From a virus, in the IMG/VR virus record IMGVR_UViG_3300027779_000019, positions 13,680-77,679 of that record: a stretch of 64,000 bases of DNA; one strand, 5' to 3'. The notes under the pieces were generated by a model. It was not told the DNA's origin. It did not search any database and saw nothing but the letters and a program-made list of their open reading frames with translations. Of this stretch, positions 1 through 9,608 are shown in pieces. How positions within the stretch are numbered: position 1 is the stretch's first letter; each line of letters opens with the position of its first letter. The translations under genes were made by a program, and so were the position numbers.

Positions 1-516
1 AAAAGAGAAAAGGAGTCAACTCGAAAAGTAAAAACTCTTGGAACAAAAAAAGTAAAAATTATGTCAAAGCATATAGAGGACAAGGGAGATAAGATGGAAC
101 TGAAAGACAGATGCCGTCAATTGCAAAAAGAACGAGAAGAAATGTGGGAGAGATTAGGAATGAACTGGACAGAAAGCAGTTGCCTACCGAGAGCAAAAGA
201 AAAAGCATCTTGCTCGTTCCTTACGACTCTCTTGATAAAATAGACCAATTACATTACAGAGCTTATATAAAAAATATTATAACTCTCGAAAGCCTTAAAT
301 CTAATACTAATGAGAATAACTATCGAAGATGATAAAGATAAGTGGATTCACGAAGGTGAAATCGAACATATCTTGGATCTGTTCAAAGCCTTCAAGCAGC
401 TATCCCTTGCTGTTGGGCATCACTCCGAAAATGTCGAGAGGTACTTTGGAGACTGCGAGAATTGGTCAGAATAAACAAACAACTCGCTTTGATATATTTT
501 AATTTATTTATTTAGC

Positions 517-834
517 ATGAAAATCACACGAAACTTAAAACATAGCTCATTTGAATGGGATGACGAAACCAAGAAGTTCAAAATTACCCAAGGTGACGTT
601 GAGATCGAATTAGGAAAGGTCTACGCCTTCGCTTTTGTACGATTCGCCTTTAGGGTTGCTCAACGAAATTGGTTTAGAAAACAATCGAAGCCAGAAGTGA
701 CTATAGTAAAAGGTAATGAAGTCACTTCTATTAAGGATACTAACTTGGATAATGGCAGTACCGCGCCTAGTGGTAAGCTCATGCTCGTTCAGCAGGAAGA
801 AGGCATGGAAATCGAACAGTACGAATTACTATAA
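517..834 (+). CDS. hypothetical phage protein
   Basis: 105-aa ATG ORF co-oriented with its neighbours; no recognisable motif. Confidence 0.55.
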   Translation: MKITRNLKHSSFEWDDETKKFKITQGDVEIELGKVYAFAFVRFAFRVAQRNWFRKQSKPEVTIVKGNEVTSIKDTNLDNGSTAPSGKLMLVQQEEGMEIEQYELL

Positions 835-835
835 C

Positions 836-1090
836 ATGAAAAAAGAAATGGGATTCCAAGTTGGAGGTAGGCAAATCAAAATCAAAGAATTTGACGACAG
901 GTACTCTGTACTGCTACCTATTGACCTATCAGAAGGTTCTGATGACGAGTGGGCAGATGAACCCGATAAGGAGGCAATTAAAGAAAAAGCCAATGCTTAC
1001 GCTAATCAAACAATGAAATATTTAGTCAGCGAGGGCTTTATAAGCGAGGATAAAAAGACCCAAGTCCACATAGCGGTAAAGAAAGATTAA
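836..1090 (+). CDS. hypothetical protein
   Basis: ATG at 836, just after the upstream stop and in frame with track ORF 716..1090. Confidence 0.55.
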   Translation: MKKEMGFQVGGRQIKIKEFDDRYSVLLPIDLSEGSDDEWADEPDKEAIKEKANAYANQTMKYLVSEGFISEDKKTQVHIAVKKD

Positions 1091-1148
1091 CTTTCCCCAA
1101 AAAAAACTCTTGACAAAAGACCAAAACTATGTTAGCCTAATCAAAGTT

Positions 1149-2462
1149 ATGCACATATCGAAAGAAGTTACCAGTAAGGGCGCGGCCAACACCAACACCA
1201 ACGCGAACGATGTTGAGGGTTCTGTCACGCAAAACAAGGACAACAAATCCCTACAAGACTCAATCAACAAGGTCTTGAATAAGTCCCTACCACTATCGGA
1301 GCAAAAGCCTCAAGAGAAGAAAGTCTCGACTTTTAAGAAGGTAAGTTCTGCGAGCGGCTTGAAAGACATCCCTCTTTCTGACGCGAAAAAGGACGAACTT
1401 GAGACGCTTTGGAAGAAGGAGTTCGTTTCCGCAACCCCTAAAGGGTTTGAGGCGACCATAACTCCCGAATTAGCACATTACGCTGTTAAGTATTGTATGC
1501 CTCGGAATCGACTGACGAAGGTGTACGTCTTGAACAAGTATTGCAAAGCGATGCTCGCCGGTAAGTGGGAGTTGAACGGTTGCTCTATTATCGTAAACAC
1601 CGATGGCAAAATCGAGGATGGAGGGCATCGTTTAACGGCTTGCTATAATTCTCAATTACCCTTGAAGACTATGGCGAATGTTGGTCAACCTGTCGCGTCC
1701 CACAAGACAATCGACAGAGGTGCTTCTAGGCAGATTCACGACGATTTGGAGTTTGAATTTTTCCTTTCTTCCAAATTGGATATTCCAGCGGGAGCAAAGG
1801 GTCATACGATTTGTCGAAAAGTTGTCAGTTGGATGAAGGCATGGCGAAAAACAATCACGACTACTAATAATAGTTCTGCTGTGCTTTGTCATCCAGATAC
1901 GGCTCGCGGAGACGCTTTGACGGACGAGATTAAGCGAGTGCTTTGCGAAAACGAAAGGATATTTGCTTCTTTCGCGGCATTTGAGAAAATGACTCGAAAT
2001 ATGCCCTCCGAAGTTACTATAAGTTCCAGAGGGTATAATAGGTTTGAGTTCATTCGCCTGACGGGAGCAGCAACCCCATTGTGTCAATACTATTACCTTC
2101 AACCCGAAAAAGCTACGTCTTTTGTCGAGCGAATACTGAACCCCTATAAGGTTGACAAGGAAGGCAAGATCGTACATATCCCAAAAGACGATCCCGCTTC
2201 GCAAGTTCGTGATTACCTCATAAACAATAGAGGGGTAGTCAGTAACGGCATGGGCAAAGTGGAGGAACTGTACTTTCGGATGGTTTCAGCTATTCACGCC
2301 GACTACAAAGACCGTAAAATATCGGTCTTGAGGCGAACGAAATGCTGGTTTCCGAATTGGAGTATTCCAATTGACGGTTCACATGACAAGTTCCCCTCGC
2401 CAGAGGAAACAGAGGGAACGACAGCAACGCAACAAGAGTTGGACTCGACCGTCGAAGCGTAA
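1149..2462 (+). CDS. ParB/Srx-like N-terminal domain protein
   Basis: RNR..Y.KAM.AGKW.LNG.SII...G...DGGHRL motif (DGQHRL-type); the track's TTG start is the -35 box of a promoter, so the start is moved to ATG 1149. Confidence 0.65.
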   Translation: MHISKEVTSKGAANTNTNANDVEGSVTQNKDNKSLQDSINKVLNKSLPLSEQKPQEKKVSTFKKVSSASGLKDIPLSDAKKDELETLWKKEFVSATPKGFEATITPELAHYAVKYCMPRNRLTKVYVLNKYCKAMLAGKWELNGCSIIVNTDGKIEDGGHRLTACYNSQLPLKTMANVGQPVASHKTIDRGASRQIHDDLEFEFFLSSKLDIPAGAKGHTICRKVVSWMKAWRKTITTTNNSSAVLCHPDTARGDALTDEIKRVLCENERIFASFAAFEKMTRNMPSEVTISSRGYNRFEFIRLTGAATPLCQYYYLQPEKATSFVERILNPYKVDKEGKIVHIPKDDPASQVRDYLINNRGVVSNGMGKVEELYFRMVSAIHADYKDRKISVLRRTKCWFPNWSIPIDGSHDKFPSPEETEGTTATQQELDSTVEA

Positions 2463-2475
2463 AGTAGCTCTCAAA

Positions 2476-2520
2476 TCCCCCTCGCTCAATATAAGTCTTG
2501 GGCGGGGGGGATATTTTTTT
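2476..2520 (+). terminator. intrinsic terminator
   Basis: CCCCCTCGCTCAA/TTGGGCGGGGG stem followed by a T-tract after the ParB-like gene. Confidence 0.6.
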
Positions 2521-2625
2521 ATTTATTTATATGGAACCTCTACCGACACTACTCACGCCGATATTCATTGCTATAATTGCAGGTTGGATTTTCGTGAGAG
2601 AAATCAAAAAACAACAAAAAAAGTA

Positions 2626-3099
2626 ATGCCTAATTGGAGTACAAACAAAATGACGGTAAAAGGTAACGATGTTGCCTTGGCTAAATTTGCCTCTAGGATG
2701 AAGGGTGAATTTTCGCTTGAGAAAGTCCTACCAACCCCCCCGAAGTTGCTTGAGAGCAATCCTGACGCGAATAAAGGGAACCCTCCCGAATGGTATAACT
2801 GGAGACTTCAACATTGGGGAACCAAATGGGACTTGCGAAACGCCGAGGGAGAAGTGGCGGCAAATCGCGGGGCTAAATTAGCCCTCGACGAAAGCGGTAA
2901 AGCATATACCTGTGAATTTGATACCGCTTGGCATCCCCCATTGGTAGCGTTAGAAAACTTGAGTAAACAGATTCCAGATTTGGAAATTCATTTGAGCTAC
3001 TATGATGACATGATGAATTTCACAGGTAAGGCTAACTTCCTAAACGGCGAGTCAGATTTCGTATTTGAGGAACCGAGTCCCATTGTCGGAACGGATTAA
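2626..3099 (+). CDS. DUF1281/YubB ferredoxin-like domain protein
   Basis: MPNW.N start, WYNWR..HWGTKWD and FDTAW.PP motifs. Confidence 0.75.
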   Translation: MPNWSTNKMTVKGNDVALAKFASRMKGEFSLEKVLPTPPKLLESNPDANKGNPPEWYNWRLQHWGTKWDLRNAEGEVAANRGAKLALDESGKAYTCEFDTAWHPPLVALENLSKQIPDLEIHLSYYDDMMNFTGKANFLNGESDFVFEEPSPIVGTD

Positions 3100-3136
3100 A
3101 CTTGACTTTTGGTAAGAAGGTGTTACTATGGCTATT

Positions 3137-3574
3137 ATGGACGATATTGAAAAACAATTAAAAAAACTGCAAGACCGCCTAATAGAGATGGCAAAATCAA
3201 AAACCAATCATCAGACCAGCAAGCGGAGCAAGCGGAGCAAGAAGCAAGGGGAAAACCTCCTAGACGAAGCTAAAGCTAACTGGGGCGGCGGGACAGGAGG
3301 CAATGCGTATGTCAGGCAATGCCTCGGTAAAAGATACCAAGTGATTCGGGAAGTATTATACTACCAACTTCCGCAATGGAAAAAGAACGTAGTTGATTCC
3401 GACCCAAACGGTAGAATCTCAACCGAACTCGCGTCAGACGTTTGTCGAACTACCGAGCATTTTGATTACTACCTTGAATTAGTTAACGGCTTGAGCGAAA
3501 ATCCAGTATCGGAAGAATTGAGATCATCACTAATAACGCTCACCGACGAAGCTAGGAGAGACATTGCTTGGTGA
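3137..3574 (+). CDS. hypothetical protein (LPxWKKN family, paralog of 4470..4691)
   Basis: promoter TTGACT 3102 / TACTAT 3124 places +1 near ATG 3137; shares LP.WKKN...RI..ELA..V with 4470..4691. Confidence 0.55.
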   Translation: MDDIEKQLKKLQDRLIEMAKSKTNHQTSKRSKRSKKQGENLLDEAKANWGGGTGGNAYVRQCLGKRYQVIREVLYYQLPQWKKNVVDSDPNGRISTELASDVCRTTEHFDYYLELVNGLSENPVSEELRSSLITLTDEARRDIAW

Positions 3575-3803
3575 AACGCTCCGCAAAACAGTAATATCAT
3601 TATGTGGAGAGCGCGGAAACAGTTCATACTTATATTTGCGTGTCTGACGATTACAATGGTATTATAGGTTATAAAAACGCTTTTATGAAGATGATCCAAG
3701 ACGAGATCGACCAATCGAAGTACAGTAGAATAGTAGTGGATGACGGTATAGTATCAGATACCCACTACTTATTTTGCTCTTTTAGGTTTGAGCCATTGAG
3801 TCA

Positions 3804-4457
3804 ATGAATAATCAAATACTTATAGTTGATAACGTGATTGAGGACAAAGGGGTTCTTGATTTCTTAACCGACGAACTTACCAACGACCCAATCCCAATGA
3901 ACACATTCATTAAAAAGAATGACGTTTTTGAGGAAAGTGACGATAAGTTAATGAACGTCTTAAAGCGGGTTATCGGTAAGATTTGGTACGATACTGCTTA
4001 CCATCTGTTAGCGTCCCAAGAATCAGCCTTGGTTGGCTTTGAGCTTTGGAGCAATGCCTTACCAGCGGATTATACCCCTAAACACCTTGCAGGGGGCATT
4101 GGAGGGCTTAATTACCATGTCGATAAGGACGAGGGCGCATTACCCAATTTGGTGTTGCCGATGTACGCGACGGCATTCTACTTGTCTCCCGAAAAGGATG
4201 AGATGAATGGAGGGTCAGTCTATATTGATACCAATGGGCTTGGCAGTTATGAGGTTTACAAATACGGCGAAAAGGTGCTAGATATGAATACTGATGCTTG
4301 GGTTAAAATCCCCTTCAAGTCGAATAGGATGGTTATCTTTGATTCAAGTTATCCTCATTTTGTCGAACCTATAATAGATATTGAAAAGGGTAAAAAAAGA
4401 CTAGGACTTCAAATTAACCCTTGGGATAAAGAACTAACACAAGTGGAGAAAGTGTAA
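3804..4457 (+). CDS. 2OG-Fe(II) oxygenase family protein
   Basis: HVD facial motif, YL...GG, NRMVIFDS..PH.V and a downstream Arg. Confidence 0.75.
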   Translation: MNNQILIVDNVIEDKGVLDFLTDELTNDPIPMNTFIKKNDVFEESDDKLMNVLKRVIGKIWYDTAYHLLASQESALVGFELWSNALPADYTPKHLAGGIGGLNYHVDKDEGALPNLVLPMYATAFYLSPEKDEMNGGSVYIDTNGLGSYEVYKYGEKVLDMNTDAWVKIPFKSNRMVIFDSSYPHFVEPIIDIEKGKKRLGLQINPWDKELTQVEKV

Positions 4458-4469
4458 TTAACCTTGGTA

Positions 4470-4691
4470 ATGAAATCTGCCAAAAAAAGGACTCTGATAT
4501 TAGAATTGGGAAACAAGGAGAAATACGAACTCGCTTGGCGTAAATGCTTTCTGGAGTTACCGCATTGGAAGAAGAATGAGATAGGGCAGAAGAAAATGAA
4601 AAGTGCAAGAATTCAAGACGAATTAGCCCATGAAGTAGCGATTCTCGCGGAGTCAGAAGGTTTCGTCCAGAATATTATCAATGAAATATAA
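4470..4691 (+). CDS. hypothetical protein (LPxWKKN family)
   Basis: ATG 4470; similarity to 3137..3574. Confidence 0.5.
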   Translation: MKSAKKRTLILELGNKEKYELAWRKCFLELPHWKKNEIGQKKMKSARIQDELAHEVAILAESEGFVQNIINEI

Positions 4692-4881
4692 AACTATTCC
4701 CCTAGAGGATATAAAAAAATATATTTATATGAAGCTCGACAACCCAAAGTGCGACCCCGTATCAATATGCAGGGCATACGAGCATTTGTCGGGAAATACA
4801 GTTAGCAGTAAGAACGAATCAGAGAGAAGCAGGGGAGATGATCTGCTTAATGTTATAATTCACAACCCTAAAGAGGTATAA
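4681..4881 (+). CDS. hypothetical protein
   Basis: 66-aa ORF overlapping the upstream stop. Confidence 0.5.
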   Translation: MKYKTIPLEDIKKYIYMKLDNPKCDPVSICRAYEHLSGNTVSSKNESERSRGDDLLNVIIHNPKEV

Positions 4882-4889
4882 TAGCTACC

Positions 4890-5144
4890 ATGAACGAACT
4901 AGGAGAAGGTCTATACGAAGCGCAAATGGTCAAAATGGAAGCGGAGGCAGTTGAAGCGAGAGCAATCCTCAACGTCTACTTTAATTCGCCAGTAGGAATC
5001 GGTGAGCATCCAGACCTATTGACCGAGATTGATAAATACACCGATAAATTAGCCCAAGCAGAGGACAAAATGGACGCGCTAAAGAGGAATTTTGGAAATT
5101 CTGGCTCGAAAGAGTGTTGTGGAGCAAAGGATAAAGTCTTTTAA
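4890..5144 (+). CDS. conserved phage protein (GIGEHPD motif)
   Basis: VGIGEHPDL motif typical of a small conserved marine phage protein. Confidence 0.65.
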   Translation: MNELGEGLYEAQMVKMEAEAVEARAILNVYFNSPVGIGEHPDLLTEIDKYTDKLAQAEDKMDALKRNFGNSGSKECCGAKDKVF

Positions 5145-5186
5145 GGGCTTGACAATAGCCCAATCTGATGCTATACTTCTTCCCTT

Positions 5187-5552
5187 ATGGAGTCATATAC
5201 TAATACAGACATGGCGGTTGTCGATAGTTGCGCCCAATCGTATGATATAAAAATCGGAGATAAGAAAATATTCGATGACGCATACGCGAAGTGGGCCAAG
5301 AAAAACGGCATCCAAGCAGGTTGGAACAACCAGCAACACAACTATAAGTCTGAATCTACCCTAGAGAATGAGGGGCGCGAATCAGCTAAACAAAACAAAG
5401 CCGATAGACAAGAGTTGGTGAAGTTAAGTAAAGCAGCCAGCAAAGCAGCCAGCAAAGCAAAAGCAGAGATAAATAGGGTAAACAAAGCGAAAAAGAAAAT
5501 TAGAGATGCAAAAAAAAGAGATATTAAACCAAAGAGCGAAAAGGCTAGTTGA
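5187..5552 (+). CDS. hypothetical Lys-rich protein
   Basis: own promoter (TTGACA 5149, TATACT 5172); basic C-terminus with an in-frame KAAS tandem repeat. Confidence 0.6.
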   Translation: MESYTNTDMAVVDSCAQSYDIKIGDKKIFDDAYAKWAKKNGIQAGWNNQQHNYKSESTLENEGRESAKQNKADRQELVKLSKAASKAASKAKAEINRVNKAKKKIRDAKKRDIKPKSEKAS

Positions 5553-5826
5553 GCTTTGTTCAAAGTTTCACTTCGCTAAACGGCCAACTGGTACGCAACG
5601 AACCTTCCTTGAGAACTACGATGTATCCTTCGATGGACGAGTTGACAAAATCAAGGTTAAGAGGCAGAAGCGCGGCTTAACAAAAGTTATATTTAATTCA
5701 GTTTGGTTGGGCGACCAATCCAATAAGGAAGGCATATTTAACCCTTCCGACACAATAGACGCTTTACTTCTAGCTATCAAACAAGCAGACTCCGCTTAAT
5801 TGCGGAGTTTTTTCTTTATAGTATCA

Positions 5827-6357
5827 ATGAATATATTTGCTACCGACCGTAGCCCTACTGTCGCGGCTCGAAATCTTTGCGATAAACATATCAATAAGAT
5901 GATTGTCGAATCGGCTCAAATGCTGGCTAATGCCTTTCCGCTTGAGAGATTAGCTGAATCAGATTGCCCCCGAAGCCAGAAGGGTTCGATCCGAAAGCAT
6001 GGATACCCAAAGCATCCATGTACCCTTTGGGGTTATAGGACTAGAGGCAATATGGAGTGGTTAATAGAACACGCAATGGAGATGGGCAGGGAGCGTAACT
6101 ATAGGTGGAGGGACAAACCAGAGCATTTCTCATCGCAGTTCGTTGCTTGGAGCTACATGGCCATTAACGATTCACTTGCCCCAAGAGGAGACTTGACTGA
6201 ATTTACTACTGCTATTTCGGAAGATAAGACTTGTCGAAACATAGATGGATTTGATAACCTTTCGCCAGTTCGTAAATATCGTCTTTACTATAAACACGAT
6301 AAACCTTTTGTGAGTTGGACTAAACGAGCGAAGCCTTCATGGTTTGGTTTGGAATAA
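5827..6357 (+). CDS. pyrimidine-dimer DNA glycosylase-like (endonuclease V related) protein
   Basis: MNIF...P..AA..LCDKH..KM..ESAQML and HPCT.W motifs. Confidence 0.7.
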   Translation: MNIFATDRSPTVAARNLCDKHINKMIVESAQMLANAFPLERLAESDCPRSQKGSIRKHGYPKHPCTLWGYRTRGNMEWLIEHAMEMGRERNYRWRDKPEHFSSQFVAWSYMAINDSLAPRGDLTEFTTAISEDKTCRNIDGFDNLSPVRKYRLYYKHDKPFVSWTKRAKPSWFGLE

Positions 6358-6359
6358 AC

Positions 6360-7310
6360 GATTAGGCATTTGGAACATAGACTACCAGTCATTATGGATT
6401 TAATTACATTAAAATATATGAAAGGCAGAAAAAGTGGGAGATGTTATAGTTTGGTTAGGTATTTTTGTTTTTTGTTATTCTCTCTATTCTTCTTTGGCAG
6501 AAGCTAGGGAGATAGACAAGAATAACGACGATTGGTAAGATTCTTTAGGTTTCTTGCTATTTCATGCTATTGCCTACCCATCTTCCCCCCTCTTCCCCCC
6601 ACACAATAAACCAAACACAAACAAAGCAATATAAACAAGTACATTGTTTCTTATCTTCTTATTAGAATGATATTATAGGTAGTGTCGAATTTATTTCTAT
6701 AAATAAGGGTTTTCATTTGATTATTTAGAATAACTAATCTATTGAGGTTTTTTGCAATTACTACTATCTACTATACTGTATTTGTGAATGCGAATGATCA
6801 AAATATAAAGAAGAAAAATACAAACAAAGTAAGCCGCCAAATAAATTCATTTAAATATATCAAATACATTCCAAATATTTTCATTTAAATATATGGCAGC
6901 TTTCATTTATTTTCATTTATTTATATGGGGCTATTTGTGAGCGACTTTGCTCGAAATATAGTAGTGCCAAAAATGAACAAGTCGGCCCGAAATAACCTAC
7001 AGCTAGATATACAAAGTACATACAACAAAATACAAGCCTGATATATTTTCATTTAAATATATAAGGGGCCAAAAACTAACGATATTTAGCCAAATAACCC
7101 GCCTAGAAGCATCTATTTTTTCAACTGTTAAAACAATGACATTTTAGCAGGAAGATAACTATGTTAAACTGTCAGTTGATTGATAGATTTACATACTTCT
7201 TATTTAGAATTATTCTAATTACAATCTCAATACAATAACACGATAATATAAGTAGATTCACCGCCGATATATTTTCATTTAAATATTTAAGAGAGTTGAA
7301 ATTCATTTAA
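6360..7310. repeat. AT-rich non-coding region with iterated TTCATTTAAATAT; candidate replication origin
   Basis: no ORF of 60 aa or more; exact 13-mers at 6846, 6880, 7048 and 7274; exact 21-mer at 7040 and 7266. Confidence 0.5.
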
Positions 7311-7357
7311 TTATTTGATTGACATTTAGCCAGAAGTATGGTATGCTCTTTCTTGAC

Positions 7358-7612
7358 ATGGCGGGAACAAGCAAATCTGGAAAAACAAAAGGCGCGGGAT
7401 CGTTCGTAAGAATCTCTCTCTGCGAGTTGAACAGATGCCTCAAACCAGAAGCATCAGTTATAGTCAATCGCAGATACGTCGAAGCATTAAACATGGAAGC
7501 GTCCTCGTTCCAAGCAAACACCATCGCCTTGAAGAACGTAGTGAAGCATTCAGCAGTTGCCACTATAGACGAAAAGGAGAAGATTCAAGTAGAAGTAAAA
7601 ACTGACTGGTAA
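7358..7612 (+). CDS. hypothetical protein co-transcribed with the RuvB-like gene
   Basis: promoter TTGACA 7319 / TATGCT 7342; ATG 7358. Confidence 0.6.
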   Translation: MAGTSKSGKTKGAGSFVRISLCELNRCLKPEASVIVNRRYVEALNMEASSFQANTIALKNVVKHSAVATIDEKEKIQVEVKTDW

Positions 7613-7636
7613 AACTTAACTAAATACAAAAAAACT

Positions 7637-8611
7637 ATGGCTACCACCACACTAATCGAAAAATTGTTCCCGAATATCGTCGGGCAGACAGCGGCAAAAG
7701 GAAAAATGCGATTCTATATCGAAGGGCATTCCGCAAGCAATATGATCCCCCACATGATGCTTGTCGCACCCAAAGGGTGCGGCAAGACCACTATGGCAGA
7801 GGCATTCGGACGGAACCTAGTTCAGAAAGGCGAGATCAAGCAGAAGCCTTGGTTGAGCATAAACTGTTCTTCGATTAAGAACTTGGAGCAATTCTTCGAC
7901 CAGATAGTAATGCCTCACTTGATGGATAAAGATATAACATTTATGATGGATGAATGTCACATGATTCCCAATGATGTTCAAAACGCGCTTCTGACGGTTC
8001 TTAACCCCAACCCATCGCATACCAATACGTTTTCTTTTGGTGAGTTCGATTGGAATGTTGATTTTAAGCGCATTTCTTTTATCTTCGCAACTACCGAATC
8101 GCAGAAGATGGCATCACCGCTAATGGACAGATGCGAGCGCATCGACTTGGAGGAATACTCTAACGAGGAACTTGCAGAAATTGTCAAACTTAATACGAAG
8201 GTTGTATTTAAGCAGAATATCCTTGACGATATATCAACTACGCTTCGCGGCAATGCGCGGGGAGCGCAGAAAATGGCAACCAACATCGACATATACTGTA
8301 AGAAGAATGTTAAGAAGGTCTTCCAAAGGAATGATTGGAAACGGTTAACGAACGCTTTGGACATTATGCCGTTGGGACTGCACCGCATGGAGATGAGGGT
8401 TCTCCGTACCCTGTCAGAGCAACCGTTCACTAGGTTGGGCAGTCTGGCGGCGAAGTTAGGGATGAACAGGACGGTCATCCAGCGCGACTTCGAGATGTTC
8501 CTTGCGAAGAATGGGCTTTTCGACGTTGATCCGCTTGGCCGACAACTGACCAAGAAGGGGCTGGAACTTCTTTCCACCTACGACAAGAACAAAGACAAGA
8601 CTACTAAATGA
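7637..8611 (+). CDS. ruvB: Holliday junction branch-migration ATPase RuvB-like
   Basis: Walker A PKGCGKTT, Walker B DECH, ATT, PLMDR and RGNAR motifs; RuvB-type C-terminal winged helix (LAAKLG...E.FL...G......GR.LT..G). Confidence 0.85.
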   Translation: MATTTLIEKLFPNIVGQTAAKGKMRFYIEGHSASNMIPHMMLVAPKGCGKTTMAEAFGRNLVQKGEIKQKPWLSINCSSIKNLEQFFDQIVMPHLMDKDITFMMDECHMIPNDVQNALLTVLNPNPSHTNTFSFGEFDWNVDFKRISFIFATTESQKMASPLMDRCERIDLEEYSNEELAEIVKLNTKVVFKQNILDDISTTLRGNARGAQKMATNIDIYCKKNVKKVFQRNDWKRLTNALDIMPLGLHRMEMRVLRTLSEQPFTRLGSLAAKLGMNRTVIQRDFEMFLAKNGLFDVDPLGRQLTKKGLELLSTYDKNKDKTTK

Positions 8612-8781
8612 AAATAGACGACCATTGGTTGAGGCCGCGAACAAAAGCGGGAACAGAGGAAATGCGGAAAAGGCTCAACGCTATGAGAGAGCTACTGCAA
8701 GCAGCAGCCAAGACCGACAGTATAGAAACAAAAATAGTTAAAAAAGTATTTGATGAATATTTTACATTTGATTGGGAATGA
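8608..8781 (+). CDS. hypothetical 57-aa protein
   Basis: ATGA overlap with the ruvB stop; below the track size cutoff. Confidence 0.5.
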   Translation: MKIDDHWLRPRTKAGTEEMRKRLNAMRELLQAAAKTDSIETKIVKKVFDEYFTFDWE

Positions 8782-8832
8782 ATAAAAAAATAAAGTATTG
8801 ACAAAGCGATAACTTTGTGCTATATTAGTTTG

Positions 8833-9002
8833 TTGGTTGTTTGGTAGACCAAGAATACACGTAAGCTCACGCGTATGGTGTCGGGAGAGACTCTCGAACA
8901 AAGGTTATTTTTTAAATGACCTGCATGAAACAAAGCTGAGCTTACGCGACTCTCTCTCATAACTAGAGTCGGAGACCCCCGCAATGGGGGTCTCTTTTTT
9001 TT
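8833..9002 (+). ncRNA. candidate trans-acting sRNA with a loop antisense to early mRNA 5' ends
   Basis: promoter TTGACA 8798 + 17 bp + TATATT 8821; stem 8860-8869/8937-8946; hairpin GACTCT[CTCTCATAACT]AGAGTC; terminator GAGACCCCC/GGGGGTCTC+T8; only tiny ORFs. Confidence 0.75.
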
Positions 9003-9157
9003 ATACATATGCGATCGCCAAATAATCAAATAACACCAAATAATGAATGATATATTATCAAATAATTATATAGAAGGCAAATGAAAAATATACGAAATAA
9101 TGCCAAATAAGAATACAAATAATATAAATAACTATAATTGCAATAAACGCTATAAAT

Positions 9158-9274
9158 ACAACTCATTGATTACCAAGGACTTACATAGGCCGCCCTCCTA
9201 AGTCGCTGACTACCAAGGACTTACGGCCGCCGGGTAGCCCGGGGTGCGTAAACCGTTGATGCTCAATAGTTTAC
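9158..9274. repeat. double-palindrome element 1 (plus an extra box at 9158-9184)
   Basis: 27-bp boxes at 9198-9224 and 9248-9274, consensus GTAAGTCnTTGnnnnnCAAnGACTTAC, GC-rich spacer. Confidence 0.9.
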
Positions 9275-9335
9275 GACAGCGAGAAAGTTTCATTTAGTGC
9301 TTGACTTTTAGGCAAAAGTATGAGATCATATCCTC

Positions 9336-9608
9336 ATGCGTTACATTAACAGCAACTGCACCTATACCGAAAACCACGTTGAGGGAACCTATACGTTCAC
9401 AGGGCCGTGTCGTGTCACCGGAGACGACTATAGCGTCACTATACCGGGGCATGAACTTTGGGATCTAAACCAAGGTAAGCCGATCATGTGCTTGAAATCT
9501 CTTGATGCGAGCGACAGAGAGTTCGTCTTGAGTGGAACAAGCCCCAAAGGGTGGGAGAAGCTTTTTGGTGGAGTAGAAGAGATCGCGAAGTCATTAGTCG
9601 CGGAGTAG
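9336..9608 (+). CDS. hypothetical protein (leaderless)
   Basis: ATG 6 nt after the -10 box of promoter 9301; REF..SG.SP.GW motif. Confidence 0.65.
   Translation: MRYINSNCTYTENHVEGTYTFTGPCRVTGDDYSVTIPGHELWDLNQGKPIMCLKSLDASDREFVLSGTSPKGWEKLFGGVEEIAKSLVAE

Noticed and set aside
5425-5468. Short tandem repeats in coding regions (KAASKAAS, SKRSKR, VEQIVEQ)
   Set aside because: They are in-frame low-complexity duplications with no sign of a switch function.
8820-9029. Minus-strand ORF containing GTTATGAGAGA as another tagged early gene
   Set aside because: No promoter lies upstream on the minus strand. The promoter and the T-tract polarity of the terminator both point to plus-strand transcription.
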